The position numbers and the translations under genes were made by a program. This document shows positions 1 to 11,716 of a DNA stretch of 64,000 bases, one piece after another. Within the stretch, counting starts at the first letter, position 1. Each line of letters opens with the position of its first letter. Below the pieces are notes generated by a model, which saw nothing but the letters and a program-made list of their open reading frames with translations, had not been told where the DNA came from and searched no databases. Origin of the DNA: Azolla caroliniana (Eukaryota > Plantae > Polypodiophyta); assembly GCA_043228905.1 (NCBI GenBank), contig JBHGNT010000009.1, forward strand, positions 20,894,001-20,958,000, in the 5' to 3' direction.

Positions 1-2768
1 GTCTGGACGACTGTCTACATCCAAAACCGGATCGGTGACAAGGTGTCCGCGCATGAGCTGTATTTCAGGCGCAAGTCGAATTTGAGACACCTTCGGATTT
101 TCGCCAGCATAGCATATGTGCATGTGCCGGATGAGAACTAGAGGAAGCTTGATACAAAAATCAAAGAAATGCATCCTCGTCGGCTACTCACATGAGCAAA
201 AGGAGGTCCGAGTTCACCGCGATGTTGAGTTTGATGAGACGGCATCCTGCTATGCATTACCAGCTCTGACTTCTGACCCCGACCTGATACTGGAGGATGA
301 AGCTAATGAGCCTGAACCGGTCCAGTTAGAAGATGATGAATCCGGGACTCAAGAAGAGAGTCTGGAATCGTTTCGGTTGAGTGGGCTAAACGAGAGACTG
401 GGTCAATCCGACCAATCAGAAGAAGAATCAATGAGTAGTGAAGACTCTGCCGTGCTCTGCCCACGCAAGGAACCAAGGAGACGGTTCATGCGCAAAGAGA
501 AGGGGAAGAAGAAGATGCCAGATTAAGAAACCGGTATTGATGAGTCCGATCGGAGTAGATCCGACTTCAGAAAGGAAAATGACGGTTCTTCGGCACCGAA
601 GACCGAATCGGCCAAGAAGGGCCTCAAACCGGGTAACGGTGGGTTACGCCGGTCAACCCGCCAGAAGGAACATGTTAAGCAGTACGGGTACAAGGAGTAC
701 ATGGCGCATCACTATGCGTACATGACCAAGGTGGCAGAAGTGCGTGAGCCAGAGAGCTGCACAGAAGCGGCAAAGGACGCACATTGGCGTGCCGCTATGG
801 AAGAAGAGATGTGAGCACTTGATGCCAACGATACATGGGACCTGGTTGACCCTCCCCGTCACAGTAAAACGATCGGATGCAAGTGGGTGTACAAGATAAA
901 GTACAACGCCGACGGTTCAGTTAACCAGTACAAGGCCCGGTTAGTGGCGAAGGGATACGCACAGACCCACGAAATTGACTACGACGAGACCTTTGCTCTG
1001 GTAGCGAAGATGATCGAAACCAGAAGCTCTGTCCCGACTCCAAACCAGCATGCGATGAGAAACGGTTCCGACAAATTGTCGGAAGCCTTATATATTTGAC
1101 CATCACCCGACTCGATATCAGCTATCCGGTTGGTGTGATTAGCCAATTCATGCAGAAGCCGACCGTAGAGCATCTTCAGTGTGCGCACCGAATATTACGA
1201 TATGTGAGCAGCACGAAGGACGAGGGACTGTTATACCGGCGCGGTATAACCGAAGAGCTGGTCGGTTACACGGATGTCGACTGGGCCGTCGATGCATCAG
1301 ATCGACGATCAACCTCCGGTTACATGTTTTCCCTAGGTAGCGCGGCTATTGCATGGAGCAGCAAAAAGCAGCCAATAGTTGCTCTGTCGAGCATTGAGGC
1401 TGAGTATCGGGGCGCTACCATTGCCACCTGTGAAGCCATTTGGCTTCGACGACTACTGCAAGACCTACGGATCGAGGTACCAACCCCGATTCTGATCTAC
1501 TGCGACAACATAAGTAGCATACAGCTCGCCAAGAACCCCGTATTCCATGCTCGCACAAAGCACATAGAAGTGCACTATCACTTCGTGCGTGAGCATGTCC
1601 TGAGCGGTGAGGTCAAACTTCGGTATATTCACACAAATCGACAAGTTGCCGACATCTTCACCAAACCACTCGGATCAGATAAGCTGCAACACTTCACCGA
1701 AATGCTTGGTGTTAAGCATCTTGATGTGCCACACTTCGAGGGAGAATGGGCAAAGACACCGGAACGGGCAAAGGCAAAGAGACTGCCAATTGTGCCGATG
1801 AGGGAAGAACCGACGAAGGGAGAGTCAAGAAGAAGAAAGGAGCCGAGTTGACAAAGGAAGTCGACATATCCGAACAAGTTAGAACAAGCAGCAGCGGCGG
1901 CAGAGTCAAGAAGGACAGAGCCGACCGAAAGAAGAAGGCCAAGACCCGGACATGGTCCGATGTGGTGAAGGGCCTGGAACCAGAAGACAAATCGGGAGCA
2001 ACTGATTAAGACAAGAGTTAGAACGAATCAGAGACAGTCAATTCGGTTCAACAGACAAATTCGAAAGAACTAGATCAATTCAAGGCCAAGAGGACGAGAA
2101 GGCAACGAAAGTCAACGCCAACACGAAGGAATCGACGAACCGGCACAAGGGAGTTGAATTGGGCCTGTTGAGCAGACAAGCCGACTGAGGAGGTCGAGGT
2201 GCAAAGAACAAGAGGGGTCGCGGCAAACAGAACCAGACCGAACAAGGAGCGCGAGCAAGGCGGAGTGACGCCAAGAGCCGAGCAGAAGGACCGGTTGCCA
2301 CAAACGTAGACACTACGACTGGACCTCAAGTTGAGCTTGAGGGGGAGTGTTGAGCAGCAAGCTCAATTGGAGCCAGATCGGTTGGATAAGCCTGAGCTGG
2401 TGAGTGACATGGATCGGTGACCCGGTGAGCACCCGGTGAGCAAAAGAGCCGGTGAGGTGGGGAGCCGATTAGCCGGATCCATTAGTAACGAAAGCCTAGT
2501 AGCAGCTAAACTACTAGGGAGTTATTACTCTCGTAGTTAGTGTCAGACGCTCGAGTGAGCATTAAAGTACACCGTACTTCTATTAGTCCGTATGGACTTG
2601 TATAAAAGTGTTCATTGAACACATATGATGTACAGAGTGTTGATATACTTTTTTAATAGAGATTCTTGTTCTACTTTCTCTGTCTCTCCCGCGTACTGTT
2701 AAGCTCTCCATTAAACTTGTTCTCTGTTTTCTATTTTTTATTGCTTCCGCACACTATTTGTCTTTACA
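1..2768 (+). mobile_element. Ty1/Copia LTR retrotransposon, 3' part (element A), degenerate with an internal RT deletion
   Basis: Integrase C-terminus (KCILVGYS), RT start ([22 protein letters not shown]) jumping at ~1012 straight to late RT, RNase H (YTDVDWA..RRSTSGY, ALSSIEAEY, ARTKHIEVHYHF), PPT GAGGGGGAG at 2339-2347, then the LTR. Confidence 0.93.
2348..2768 (+). repeat. 3' LTR of Copia element A
   Basis: TGTTGAGC...CTTTACA directly after the PPT; similar to LTRs at 23872-24266 and 32457-32833. Confidence 0.85.
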
Positions 2769-3608
2769 ATCATCATCCCATTCCTCAAAAGAATAATCAT
2801 TATACTCTCTGGAAACATCTGAGCCTGTCTGATTCTCCTCTATTCCTGAGGCATTTGACTTACTTTCTACTTCTGAATCTCTTTGCATATCACCCTCATC
2901 AGATACTAAGCTTATCTCGGAATCGCTTTCCACTTGAGGATAATCATTTACAAGATTGTTTTCATCTAAAAATTAGTAAACAATCAAACAAATTAGTATG
3001 TAGAAAACTATTTTACATTTGATCGTATTATTTTAAACCTAAAAATTGGAAAACAAATATGTTTGAGCAATTCAGTATTTGAAAAACAGTAAGCTTATTC
3101 TTAGTATTACTCCTATTTTGAGAAAACATTTTATTTGGAAAACTAATTCTATTTATAGGGTTCATTGTAAAATGTAAACAATTAGCCTATTAAATCTACC
3201 AACATGAATATGATTGGTACCGTTTGAATCTTCATTGTCATATTCAGAGCCTGAAGAATGTCCTCATCTAAGGTCTTCCTCATCAATTACTTGTATCCTG
3301 CAAACAAGAAACAAATCCACTTTAGCTTACAATACACAAGAGAAATAAAACTCTGTAATCAACTAGAGAATGAGAACAGAAAATATTATAGCAATAACTA
3401 TACGCGGATAGATACAATCAACTAAAGAGAGGAAAGATGCTAAATTAGTATTATTATCAAGTTTAAAAGATTAAGTAGAGTCCAATTTCTCCATTTATCA
3501 TGTTGGCAGCATAATATTTGCCCCTTCAAACTTTCAAAAGAAAGGCATATCATTCTATTGCCAATGGATCAATGGAAGGATGATACAAAATAACACCAAC
3601 CCCCAAAA

Positions 3609-3653
<45 letters not shown>

Positions 3654-4523
3654 AGAATTAGAATTAGAATTTTTATTGTCCATAAAGAGGCCAACTTTGA
3701 CCTATGGGATGAATACCACTGGCAAAAATCTTTTAGTTTGTCTTTACTTTTGGGTAAGAGATGGATTAATAAGGTCAAAAATAACTCACATAGGATGATC
3801 TTCCATGTCAACATTATCTTCCTCCGAATGTTGATATAACGCATAAAGATCATAAACGTACTCATCCACATGCACTGCAAACAGAAACGAATAACTAAAA
3901 AGTAATGAACCTTTCAATTCAATTTTTGTGGAAGGCAACCTATCAAACCTTCATCACATTTTGGTGCAACTGGCAATGATTCAACCTCTGCTGCAACATT
4001 AGGTAGATATTCCTTGAATAACGGTAGAAAACTGTGGCAATTCGTTTTCTTCTTCCTCTGCACATCTACATCAGTTCAAAATTGTAGAGTTTTAATTATG
4101 CAACTCTAGCAATACAAGAGTCAGAACTCATGCAGATGCTACTTCTTATTTACCTCCTTACTTGACGTGCTAGTCTTGATGTTGCCAAACACTTTCCTGG
4201 ATCCTTCATCATTAGAACGAAAAGGTAATAAGAGATCAACTGTGTCATTCTATGATTGATATTATATCTCATCAGATTGGTCTTTACCTTACTTTTTATC
4301 CCTCTTCAATGTTTTCTATCACGAGTCTCATTTTGGAGTTGGCTCTAGCAGCCAAAAAATATAGTTTGTGACAATTTCTTTCAATGCTTCATAATAGTCA
4401 CCACAAATATGGTTTTCCTTCCCAAAAGAGTATATACTCTGGTTGTTTCACCGGTACCTAAAGAGGTTATGGTCTCCAGATGACAAAATAGTAAACGAGT
4501 TGTTTTTGCCTCCACATTTTTTC
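2769..4523 (-). pseudogene. RDM4: RDM4/DMS4 (IWR1-family Pol II/IV/V cofactor) pseudogene, 7 recognisable exons
   Basis: Exons 4523-4423, 4344-4288, 4249-4154, 4057-3949, 3874-3790, 3297-3221 and 2965-2769 join in consistent phase. Peptides RLLFCHLETITS, SFLPLFKEYLPNVAAEVE, DEYVYDLY and SEYDNEDSNDENNLVNDYP match recalled RDM4/Iwr1 motifs (HLETV, FLPLLRE, EYVYDYY, DSEDSNAEDHPxxDYP). Lesions: two in-frame TGA, a GG donor at 4422, last exon cut by an LTR, 5' end missing. Confidence 0.85.
3611..3670. repeat. (GA)n microsatellite followed by (GAATTA)n
   Basis: Seen directly, in an intron of the RDM4 pseudogene. Confidence 0.9.
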
Positions 4524-4679
4524 CTGAAAACAAAGAAAATCAAACTATTAGGGTAGAAAGAAAAATATATACCCTATCAATTTTACCCCCGGCGGACCAA
4601 AATTTAGCTGATATAAAACAATTGCTAGGCTCAGAACCATATTGAGATGTGAAATTTGCTGAGTAAATTGGGAGTGTTA

Positions 4680-7472
4680 TGTACTTGACTTTGTACACCC
4701 ACATGCACCCGATCAGCTTCACACCCTTTGGGGCATCAACCAAGTCCCATGTCTCGTTGTCTATTAATTCATGCATCCCTTCCTCCATGGCGGCACACCA
4801 ATTCACATCCTTTGTCGCCTCAGCGTAGCTCTCCGGCTAACGCACTTCTACCACCTTCGCCATGTATGCATAGTGATGCACCATATAGTCGTATCCGTAC
4901 TTGATTACGGGATTCCTTTGACGTGTGGATCGACGCAACGTCTAGTTCGCTGTTTTCATGGCCTTCTTGGCCAACTACAACCTCCTTTCTAGAGGTTCAT
5001 CTTTGTTCTGGGCCGCTAAGGATTCACTTTGATTCAATGCACTGGCCTATGTGTCGTATTCTAACATCTTCATCTTCCCCTTCTCCTTGCGTGTAGTGAA
5101 GTCGAGGAGACTGCACGACCGAGTCTTTACTACTCAGCAGCTAGCCATTTCGGCTCAGCCCCTCATTTGGCCCACTTAGTCGGAATGAGATCAAACTCTA
5201 TTCTAGAGCTCCGATTTATGAATCTTCATCCAGGGGCAACTCGCCCTCACTTGCCTCACCGTCAAAATTTGGAACGGAGTTAATGGGAGTTGGAGATGGA
5301 GGCAAGTACCACGAAGCTAATTCATTGAACATGACATCTCGACTAATTCAGACTTGTTTTGTTCAAGGGTAATAGCACTTCTAACCTTTTTGTTGATTCG
5401 AGTAGCCGACCAAAATGCACTTCTCAACCTTCGAATCCCCTTCGCATCTAGCTTCCTCCTCTTCTCCTTCGACACATGCACATATGCGATGTTGCCAACA
5501 CCATCAATTGTCTCAGCTTCGGATTTCGCCCGAAATAGATCTCATGTGGTGACACTTCTTCATTTGTAGATGTATGATTCAGTAGGTAAATGGTCGTCCT
5601 GACCGTTTCAGCACATGCTTCTCCTCAAGCATGTGCATGTGTCGTGTCCTCTATCGTCCGTTCTGCTCCTGTGTGTATCTGCATGACACCTTGCGTCATA
5701 TTCCCTCCTGCATATAACTTGAGAATTGGTCGGAAAAGCACTCTTTTCCGCCATCGGTCATGTCGGTCATGAGGCACTTGATATTCCTTCCGATCTCCCG
5801 TTCAGCAAGGGTCTTCACCTTGAGAAAACATGAGAAGTCTTCACTTTTCTTCTCGATCAAGCATGCCCAGGTGTGCCGAGTGTAGTCATCAATGAAGGTT
5901 ACGAAGTAACGACTCCCACCGATACTCACATTCTGCATCGTACCCCACACATCCGAATGGATTAAATCGAGTTTGTTATAGCTCATTGGGGAATGGAAGT
6001 TAGTGTTGCTTCCTGAGTTGTCAAGCTTCGCAGACTTGGCCATTCTGACTAGCAAAATTTCGGTAGACCGAAAAAATGTTCTTTGTCTGCATTTCTTGAA
6101 GCCGTGGGAAGTTGACATGGCCAAACCGCTTCCTTTCTCGGCGCCCTTGCACGATGATCTTGCCTTCTTCTTTGATGAAGCACCCATGATGAGTGATTTG
6201 AACATGCATTCCCTAGTCGACTATTGGTGTGATCAACATCAAGTTTTTGGTGACTGTCGGGATGTGCAGGACATTCTTCATGATTGTCTTCAATATCTTT
6301 GATAGGGTAAGGAGTATTGTCATCGGTTTCAACGACCCCCGACTGCTCCAGCTTCTTGAGATAGGAGAACCATTCTTCATGGTTCGTCATGTGGTTCAAT
6401 GCGCCGGACTCCACATACCACACTTCCTTTGATTTTGAGGTGCTCACTGCCATCGAGTTGGCTTTAGCTTCATTACAAAGGTTGGGCCCATTCCGACTTG
6501 CCTTGAGCCTTTGGCATAGTGTGATCTTTGACGCCTATCTGCGTCACCTCAGCTCGATCCAGCTCTGTCCGAATTGGTGTGCTTCTTCCAGCACTCGCTC
6601 TCTCTATGGCCCTTCCGGCTACAGTACCAGCAATTCGTCGCAAACTTTCCTTGTCAACTTCCGACACTGCCTTGACCCCCCCCTACTTGTGGAGGGTCCG
6701 GAATTGTTGTCGGCATTTCTATTATGCCTCTAGTTCTGCTCTTGTCGGCGTGCGTGGTCGTTGACACACCCACGTGGTTTTCTTCAACGAGCAACATGGA
6801 CTACAAGCCTCCCAGATAGACCCACACCATCTCATCTTCTTCAACCGTTATGTTGATAGACCCAAGCGAGTCACAAATCTCTTTGATCTTGGAGGTGTAG
6901 TCAGCCATCGACATATCTCTCTATCGGACATTGCTCAACTCTTGTCTGAGCTATAACTTTCTGGTTGTGGTACTTTCAGCGAAGTTCTTCTTCATATTTC
7001 CCCAAGCATCCTTTGGTGTTTTGGTATTTCGGATGTAGCTCAATAGTTGGTCGCTCACACATGATGCAAAGCAGTAAATAACTCTACTTGCCGTTTGTTC
7101 CCATGCCGAAAAATCTGTGTGTGTCGAATCCGGTGTTGCATCATTGGCTCGTTCGACATAGCTCAAGTATCCGTGTCCAAGGAGATACTGGTGCACCTTG
7201 TACGACCAAGATGCATACTTACTTCTGTCGAGCTTCTCCGTTGGAAGCGAGCTACCCATACCTCTGTTCATTTTCCTCTCTTTTCTTTTCCGGAAGACAA
7301 ATAACTTGTCTTTGTCTTGTTCGCTTTGTCGGCAGCAGAGAATTCTTCTAAGCCTCTCGCTTTGATACCATGTAAAAGAAGATACGCGTGGAAGCATATG
7401 TGACACATAGAGTACACAATCAGTTATCTAGAAGTACAACAATTAGGTAAACACAGAGAATGTTGATACACA

Positions 7473-7510
<38 letters not shown>

Positions 7511-7809
7511 AAACAACAATACTTGATTCAAAATAATCAAAACTCTGTACATAAAAAGTGCTAAGTGAGCACTCTTTATACAAGTCCTAAAAGGACTGAC
7601 AAGTACTTGAACGCTCATTAACTGAGCCTTAAACTGACAACTTATAATATTCCTATTTACTAAAATAGGAATATAGGCCCCTAACGGCCTGTTGAATTCC
7701 ATCCGATTCGGCCTAGTTGATTGGTCTTCATCCGATCTGGTTCTCGGTTTCTTCAACCGATCTGGTGTCGTGAAGATTTTCGGCAACGGTGTGAAAATTG
7801 TGTGCAACA
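4680..7809 (-). mobile_element. Ty1/Copia element D, 5' half only, highly degenerate
   Basis: Fragmented gag (TEKLDRSKYASWSYK), protease (WYVESGALNHMT), integrase (LIHSDVWG..FIDDYTR) and RT start (TWDLVDAP..WVYKVKY) truncated at ~4680; PBS TGGTATCAAAGC at 7370-7359. Confidence 0.9.
7371..7809 (-). repeat. 5' LTR of Copia element D
   Basis: Minus strand TGTTGCAC...TTTTACA next to a tRNA-iMet-type PBS; internal (CT)n tract. Confidence 0.82.
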
Positions 7810-8280
7810 AATGAAATCAAGAAGGTGCAATGTGCACGTGAGAAAGGGGGAAAGGTCACACGCATATGCTAGCATGTTGTAAATAAGACTGAAATGAGAA
7901 TCGTAAAGGAAAGGCTAGATGTAAAGTAAACATGTGCACGTGTGATGTGCGCTCAAACATTTGTAAATATAAAAATAAGACTAAAGCCTAGTAACATTTG
8001 AGTGCATACAAAGGGGTACAACCAAAGCTTCAACCTTGCACCTCCAATCTCCTCCAAGGTAGGAGACAAATTAACTTACCACTAAAGCCACTACTGAGTG
8101 CTTTAGAATTTATATATATTTTTTCATATTCAGTATTTTATAGGAAGCAAACATAGAGAAACCGTGGGCACAAAACCATGGTTTTAGCCCGTAGTTTTAG
8201 CTCATGGTTTCAGCCCGTGGGTTTTGCATGGAGAGACCTATAAAAGCCTATAGTTGGTCTTGTGTAAGGGAGGCAAATGA

Positions 8281-8653
8281 TGTAAGTAAAAAAGAAACTT
8301 TTAATCAAAGATTTGAGTTATCCTAATGTCGTAAAACTTTTAATCCTAATGTCTCGTAAAACTACAGTCAAGGGTTCAATCTCTATCCCAATTTCTCTCT
8401 CTCTCTTCATCCATCTATCTATCTTCAATACTTTCTCGCTTACGTTGCTAAAAACATCGAATCTTTCTGATCCAGGACCCCGGTGGTCCCGCTTCATTTC
8501 GCAAACACATGAGGATTTCCTCGACACCGGTCCTAGCCGACTGGTCTCCATCTGATCCAACTCCCGACTTCCTCAGCCAATCCGGGCCTAGCTGATCTGT
8601 CTCCATCCAGCTTCCGAGCCAATCCGGCCCAAGTTGAGCTTGTTTGCTCAACA
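8281..8653 (-). repeat. Probable solo or truncated Copia-type LTR
   Basis: Minus-strand start TGTTGAGCAAACAAGCTCAAC resembles the element A LTR start; ends ...CTTACA; no TSD found, so the left boundary is uncertain. Confidence 0.55.
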
Positions 8654-8868
8654 AGAACCAATATTACAACACCGAGATACAAGTGAGGCTATTACAAGTA
8701 ACCCAATTACAATATTGAGGGGTAAAATAACATAATGTACAAGCCCAATATGGGATGGCAAAAAACAAAATGAGGTTACAAGTTCAGAGACCCAAAACAT
8801 GCTCACTTAGTGACTGTAAGGCGTAGGAGGTAGATGCCATCATCACCGTACGAGTGCTCAGACCCTAG

Positions 8869-9197
8869 CTAAATAGGATTTATAAGAACCAACATTCGAG
8901 GATGACTATACAAAAACTGAAATGATAAGATACTTATGAAGTTTGGAGATCTGAGGCCATATACGAACTCTTCCACAAACATTTGAATCATCTCCATTAC
9001 ATAATATCTGCAATCTATCCCGTTGGGCTGAGTTGGGATGCGAATTTTCATATGTTGGTTCTCAGGTATAATATGGTTTCTGAGGATGCTTGTGACTTTG
9101 GTTATAACCATTTCCGCCATCTTCAATTCCCTCGTACTAGGATTATTCAATGGGTCGACAAATACAACTATACTTGTTACCTTTTCTACATGTAAAC
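8869..9197 (-). pseudogene. Ulp1/C48 SUMO-protease-like gene, C-terminal half (catalytic Asp, Gln, Cys)
   Basis: IVVFVDPL...IPTQPNGIDCRYYV matches the C48 D...PxQxNxxDCG pattern; the sequence continues beyond the Gypsy insertion at 33338. Confidence 0.75.
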
Positions 9198-9653
9198 TAT
9201 TAGAGACATGTACTAAAGTAAGCATTAGATAAGGATAGATCTAGGTAGATAGAAAGAAAGGAGAGAGAGAAATAAGGGTGTTGATCCACCCGACCACCCC
9301 CGAGCGAAGGGATCGAGACGGACTCGAGCCTCAATCGGCGTCCCATACCACTGTCGTGGCGTTGAGTCGTACCTGGTGCCGGCGCACTCGTTACACGAGT
9401 TGACCCACCACAAGACAGAGTCTCGACGTAGTCAACAAGATAATGAAATGAGGGTAGCTAGGCCTCTATTTATAGCGATACCCAAGGTCCCCAGCCATGT
9501 TCACATTTGGCCTAATGGGTTGTCTCAATCCCGAGGATTTAAAAGTAATCCTCCCCTTCTTTACACTCTCGTTTAACCCTCACACTTATCCACGTGTATA
9601 GAATACTACGGTAAATTCTCACCACGGGATATTATATGGTCATGCCCGTAACA
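9198..9653 (-). repeat. 3' LTR of the host chromovirus (TG...TA ends)
   Basis: Highly similar to 32880-33337; preceded on the minus strand by PPT AAAGAGGGGGAGTA. Confidence 0.9.
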
Positions 9654-10911
9654 TACTCCCCCTCTTTAAAACATTGCACTCTTGCAATGGAAAGTTAGGG
9701 AAGTTAGTTTTGAGAGTATTTTTGCGTTCCCATGTGGCATCTTTTATTGATTTATCCATCCATTTTATTTTAAATTCTCGGATTTCTTTAGTACGTAATT
9801 TTTTTGTTTTAACATCGAGAATTCTTTCTAGTACATGTGGCTTAGAAGATAATTCTTCAGAAGTAACCAGAGTTTCAGTTGTAACTGTATTGTCGCCAGA
9901 ACCTAGAAGTTCTTTTAGACGACTCACATGAAAGACTGGATGAATTGCAACACCGTCAGGAAGAGCGAGACGATAGGTTGATGACCCAATGCGTTTGAGG
10001 ATTATAAAGGTCCACAAAACCGTGGGGCTAACTTAGCGCACTTACCCGTAGACAATGTCTTAGAATTGTGAGGTACACGCAAAAATACTTTCTGTCCAGG
10101 GTCGAATACGCGAGGTTGCCTATGATGATCGACATAAAAACACGCTCTATCTTGAGCTGTTTTTATATTATCTCGTGCAATATGCAACATATATTGCATA
10201 TCCCGAAGAAAGTTATGCGTACTTCGCAACTCATCATGATGTATATTAACATTAATCGGGGCTCGTGGCTGAAAACCATACATCAACATAAAAGGACTAT
10301 ATCTCGTCGACGTATGCTTGGAGTTGTTATAAGCAAACCCCAAATTTGGGAGATAATGTTCCCATTTTGTTGGTTTTGCACCAACATATGCTCGAAGCAT
10401 GTCCTCAATAATTTGATTTACTCTTTCTGTTTGTCCATCGAATTGAGGATGATCCGTGGAGCTCATGCTCAATGTAGTTTCTAACTTCTTAAAGACTTGC
10501 GTCCAAAAGTCACTAGTAAATTTTGGATCTCGATCACTCATGATATCCATCGGTAACCCATAAAAATGAAATAACTCATCAACGAATTGGTAAGCCAATT
10601 CAGGAGCTGTTACCGTGGTTTTAGTAGCAATAAATCTGGCCATTTTAGTTAGTCGATCAACCACAACCCAGATGGCATCATGGCCTTTTTGGGTGCGAGG
10701 AAGGCTAACAATAAAATCCATGGATATACTTTCCCAGTTATTGTTGGGAATGTCCAAGGGATGTAAAAGTCTTGTGGCTTTAAGTCACTCGGCTTTGTTA
10801 ACCTAACATTGGTGACATTTAGTCACATAGCTATGTATGTCAGGACGCATCTTAGGCCAATAAAATTGAGTGGAGATGAGAACGAGTGTACGATGTATTC
10901 CAGGGTGCCGT
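9640..10911 (-). pseudogene. Host chromovirus integrase plus chromodomain (frameshifted)
   Basis: WESISMDFI..WVVVDRLTK..SDRDPKF..DGQTERVN; HPVFHVSRLK; chromodomain ERILD..FKIKW..DATWE. Confidence 0.9.
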
Positions 10912-11716
10912 TGTCGTGCCTTTCGGCTCCGGATCGTTGCGTGAGTCGGGTGGGAACCACAAAGGTCTTGGACTAGGAGAAAGAAGTTCGTGAGATAGAG
11001 ATTAATTATGAGTAAATAGCAAAGAGAAAGATAAGAAACTCGTGAATCACACGAGTATACTATATTAATTGGTACTTAGGGTGTTAAGAGAGAAGTAGAT
11101 GTATAAATCGTGAATCCCACGAATAATTTTTGTATTGATTAATACTTAATCCAAATAATCAACAACCCTTTACATATTTCTCTCCTCCTTATATAAGGAA
11201 GGAAGAGCTAAGCATGGCTTCATGCTTTTTTTTACAAAAAGTGTTCATGTCCACTAAATGTGCATGTGATGCTTTTTCATTTCCTAAGTATAGGGCTCAT
11301 GCACGCTAGATGTGCATGAGTTATTTTTAGTGTCTCGTGTTTTCTTTTTTCATATATTAAAAAAATACACGATTTACCTTTTAATAAAGGTATGTATAAA
11401 TAAAGGTCTTATACGTATTAAATCTATATTTAAAACACTTAAGATAAGTTAATGTAATGGTAAGGTTGGGGTTTGTCAACGTGGAGGTGCAGAGTTCGAA
11501 TCACGCCTTGCGCAGTAGTGAGTATTTCCTTTTATTTTACATTTATGTCTCTTTATCCGGCTCTTCCTTGCCGGTATGCCGTTTTCTTCCTTGCCGGTAT
11601 GCCGTTTTCCTCCTTGCCGGTATGCCGTTTTCTTCCGGTTCTCACCGAGCACTCCATTCTCTATCCGGAGGGACAAAAATATAATTTCCACATAGTGTGC
11701 AACCTACACTACGACA
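10912..11716 (-). repeat. 3' LTR of the nested Gypsy
   Basis: Near-identical to 17384-18188; contains three copies of a 23-bp repeat TTCCTTGCCGGTATGCCGTTTTC (~11564-11633). Confidence 0.95.
11443..11535 (+). promoter_or_regulatory. tRNA-like Pol III A-box/B-box cassette in the LTR (also at ~17915-18007 and, reversed, ~19977-20068)
   Basis: TAATGTAATGG (11450-11460), GTTCGAATC starting 44 nt later (11494), followed by T-runs; tRNA stems are not conserved. Confidence 0.5.

Noticed and set aside
4540-4680. Additional RDM4 exon or chimeric Copia-RDM4 ORF
   Set aside because: Splice phase and peptide similarity are not convincing; the ORF spans a deletion junction.
7810-8280. AATGA next to both LTR 7809 and LTR 8281 as a TSD
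   Set aside because: The two LTRs are dissimilar and the pentamers lie on their inner sides; likely chance.
11443-11520. Functional tRNA gene (GTC anticodon-like loop)
   Set aside because: Acceptor and anticodon stems do not pair; only the promoter boxes are recognisable.
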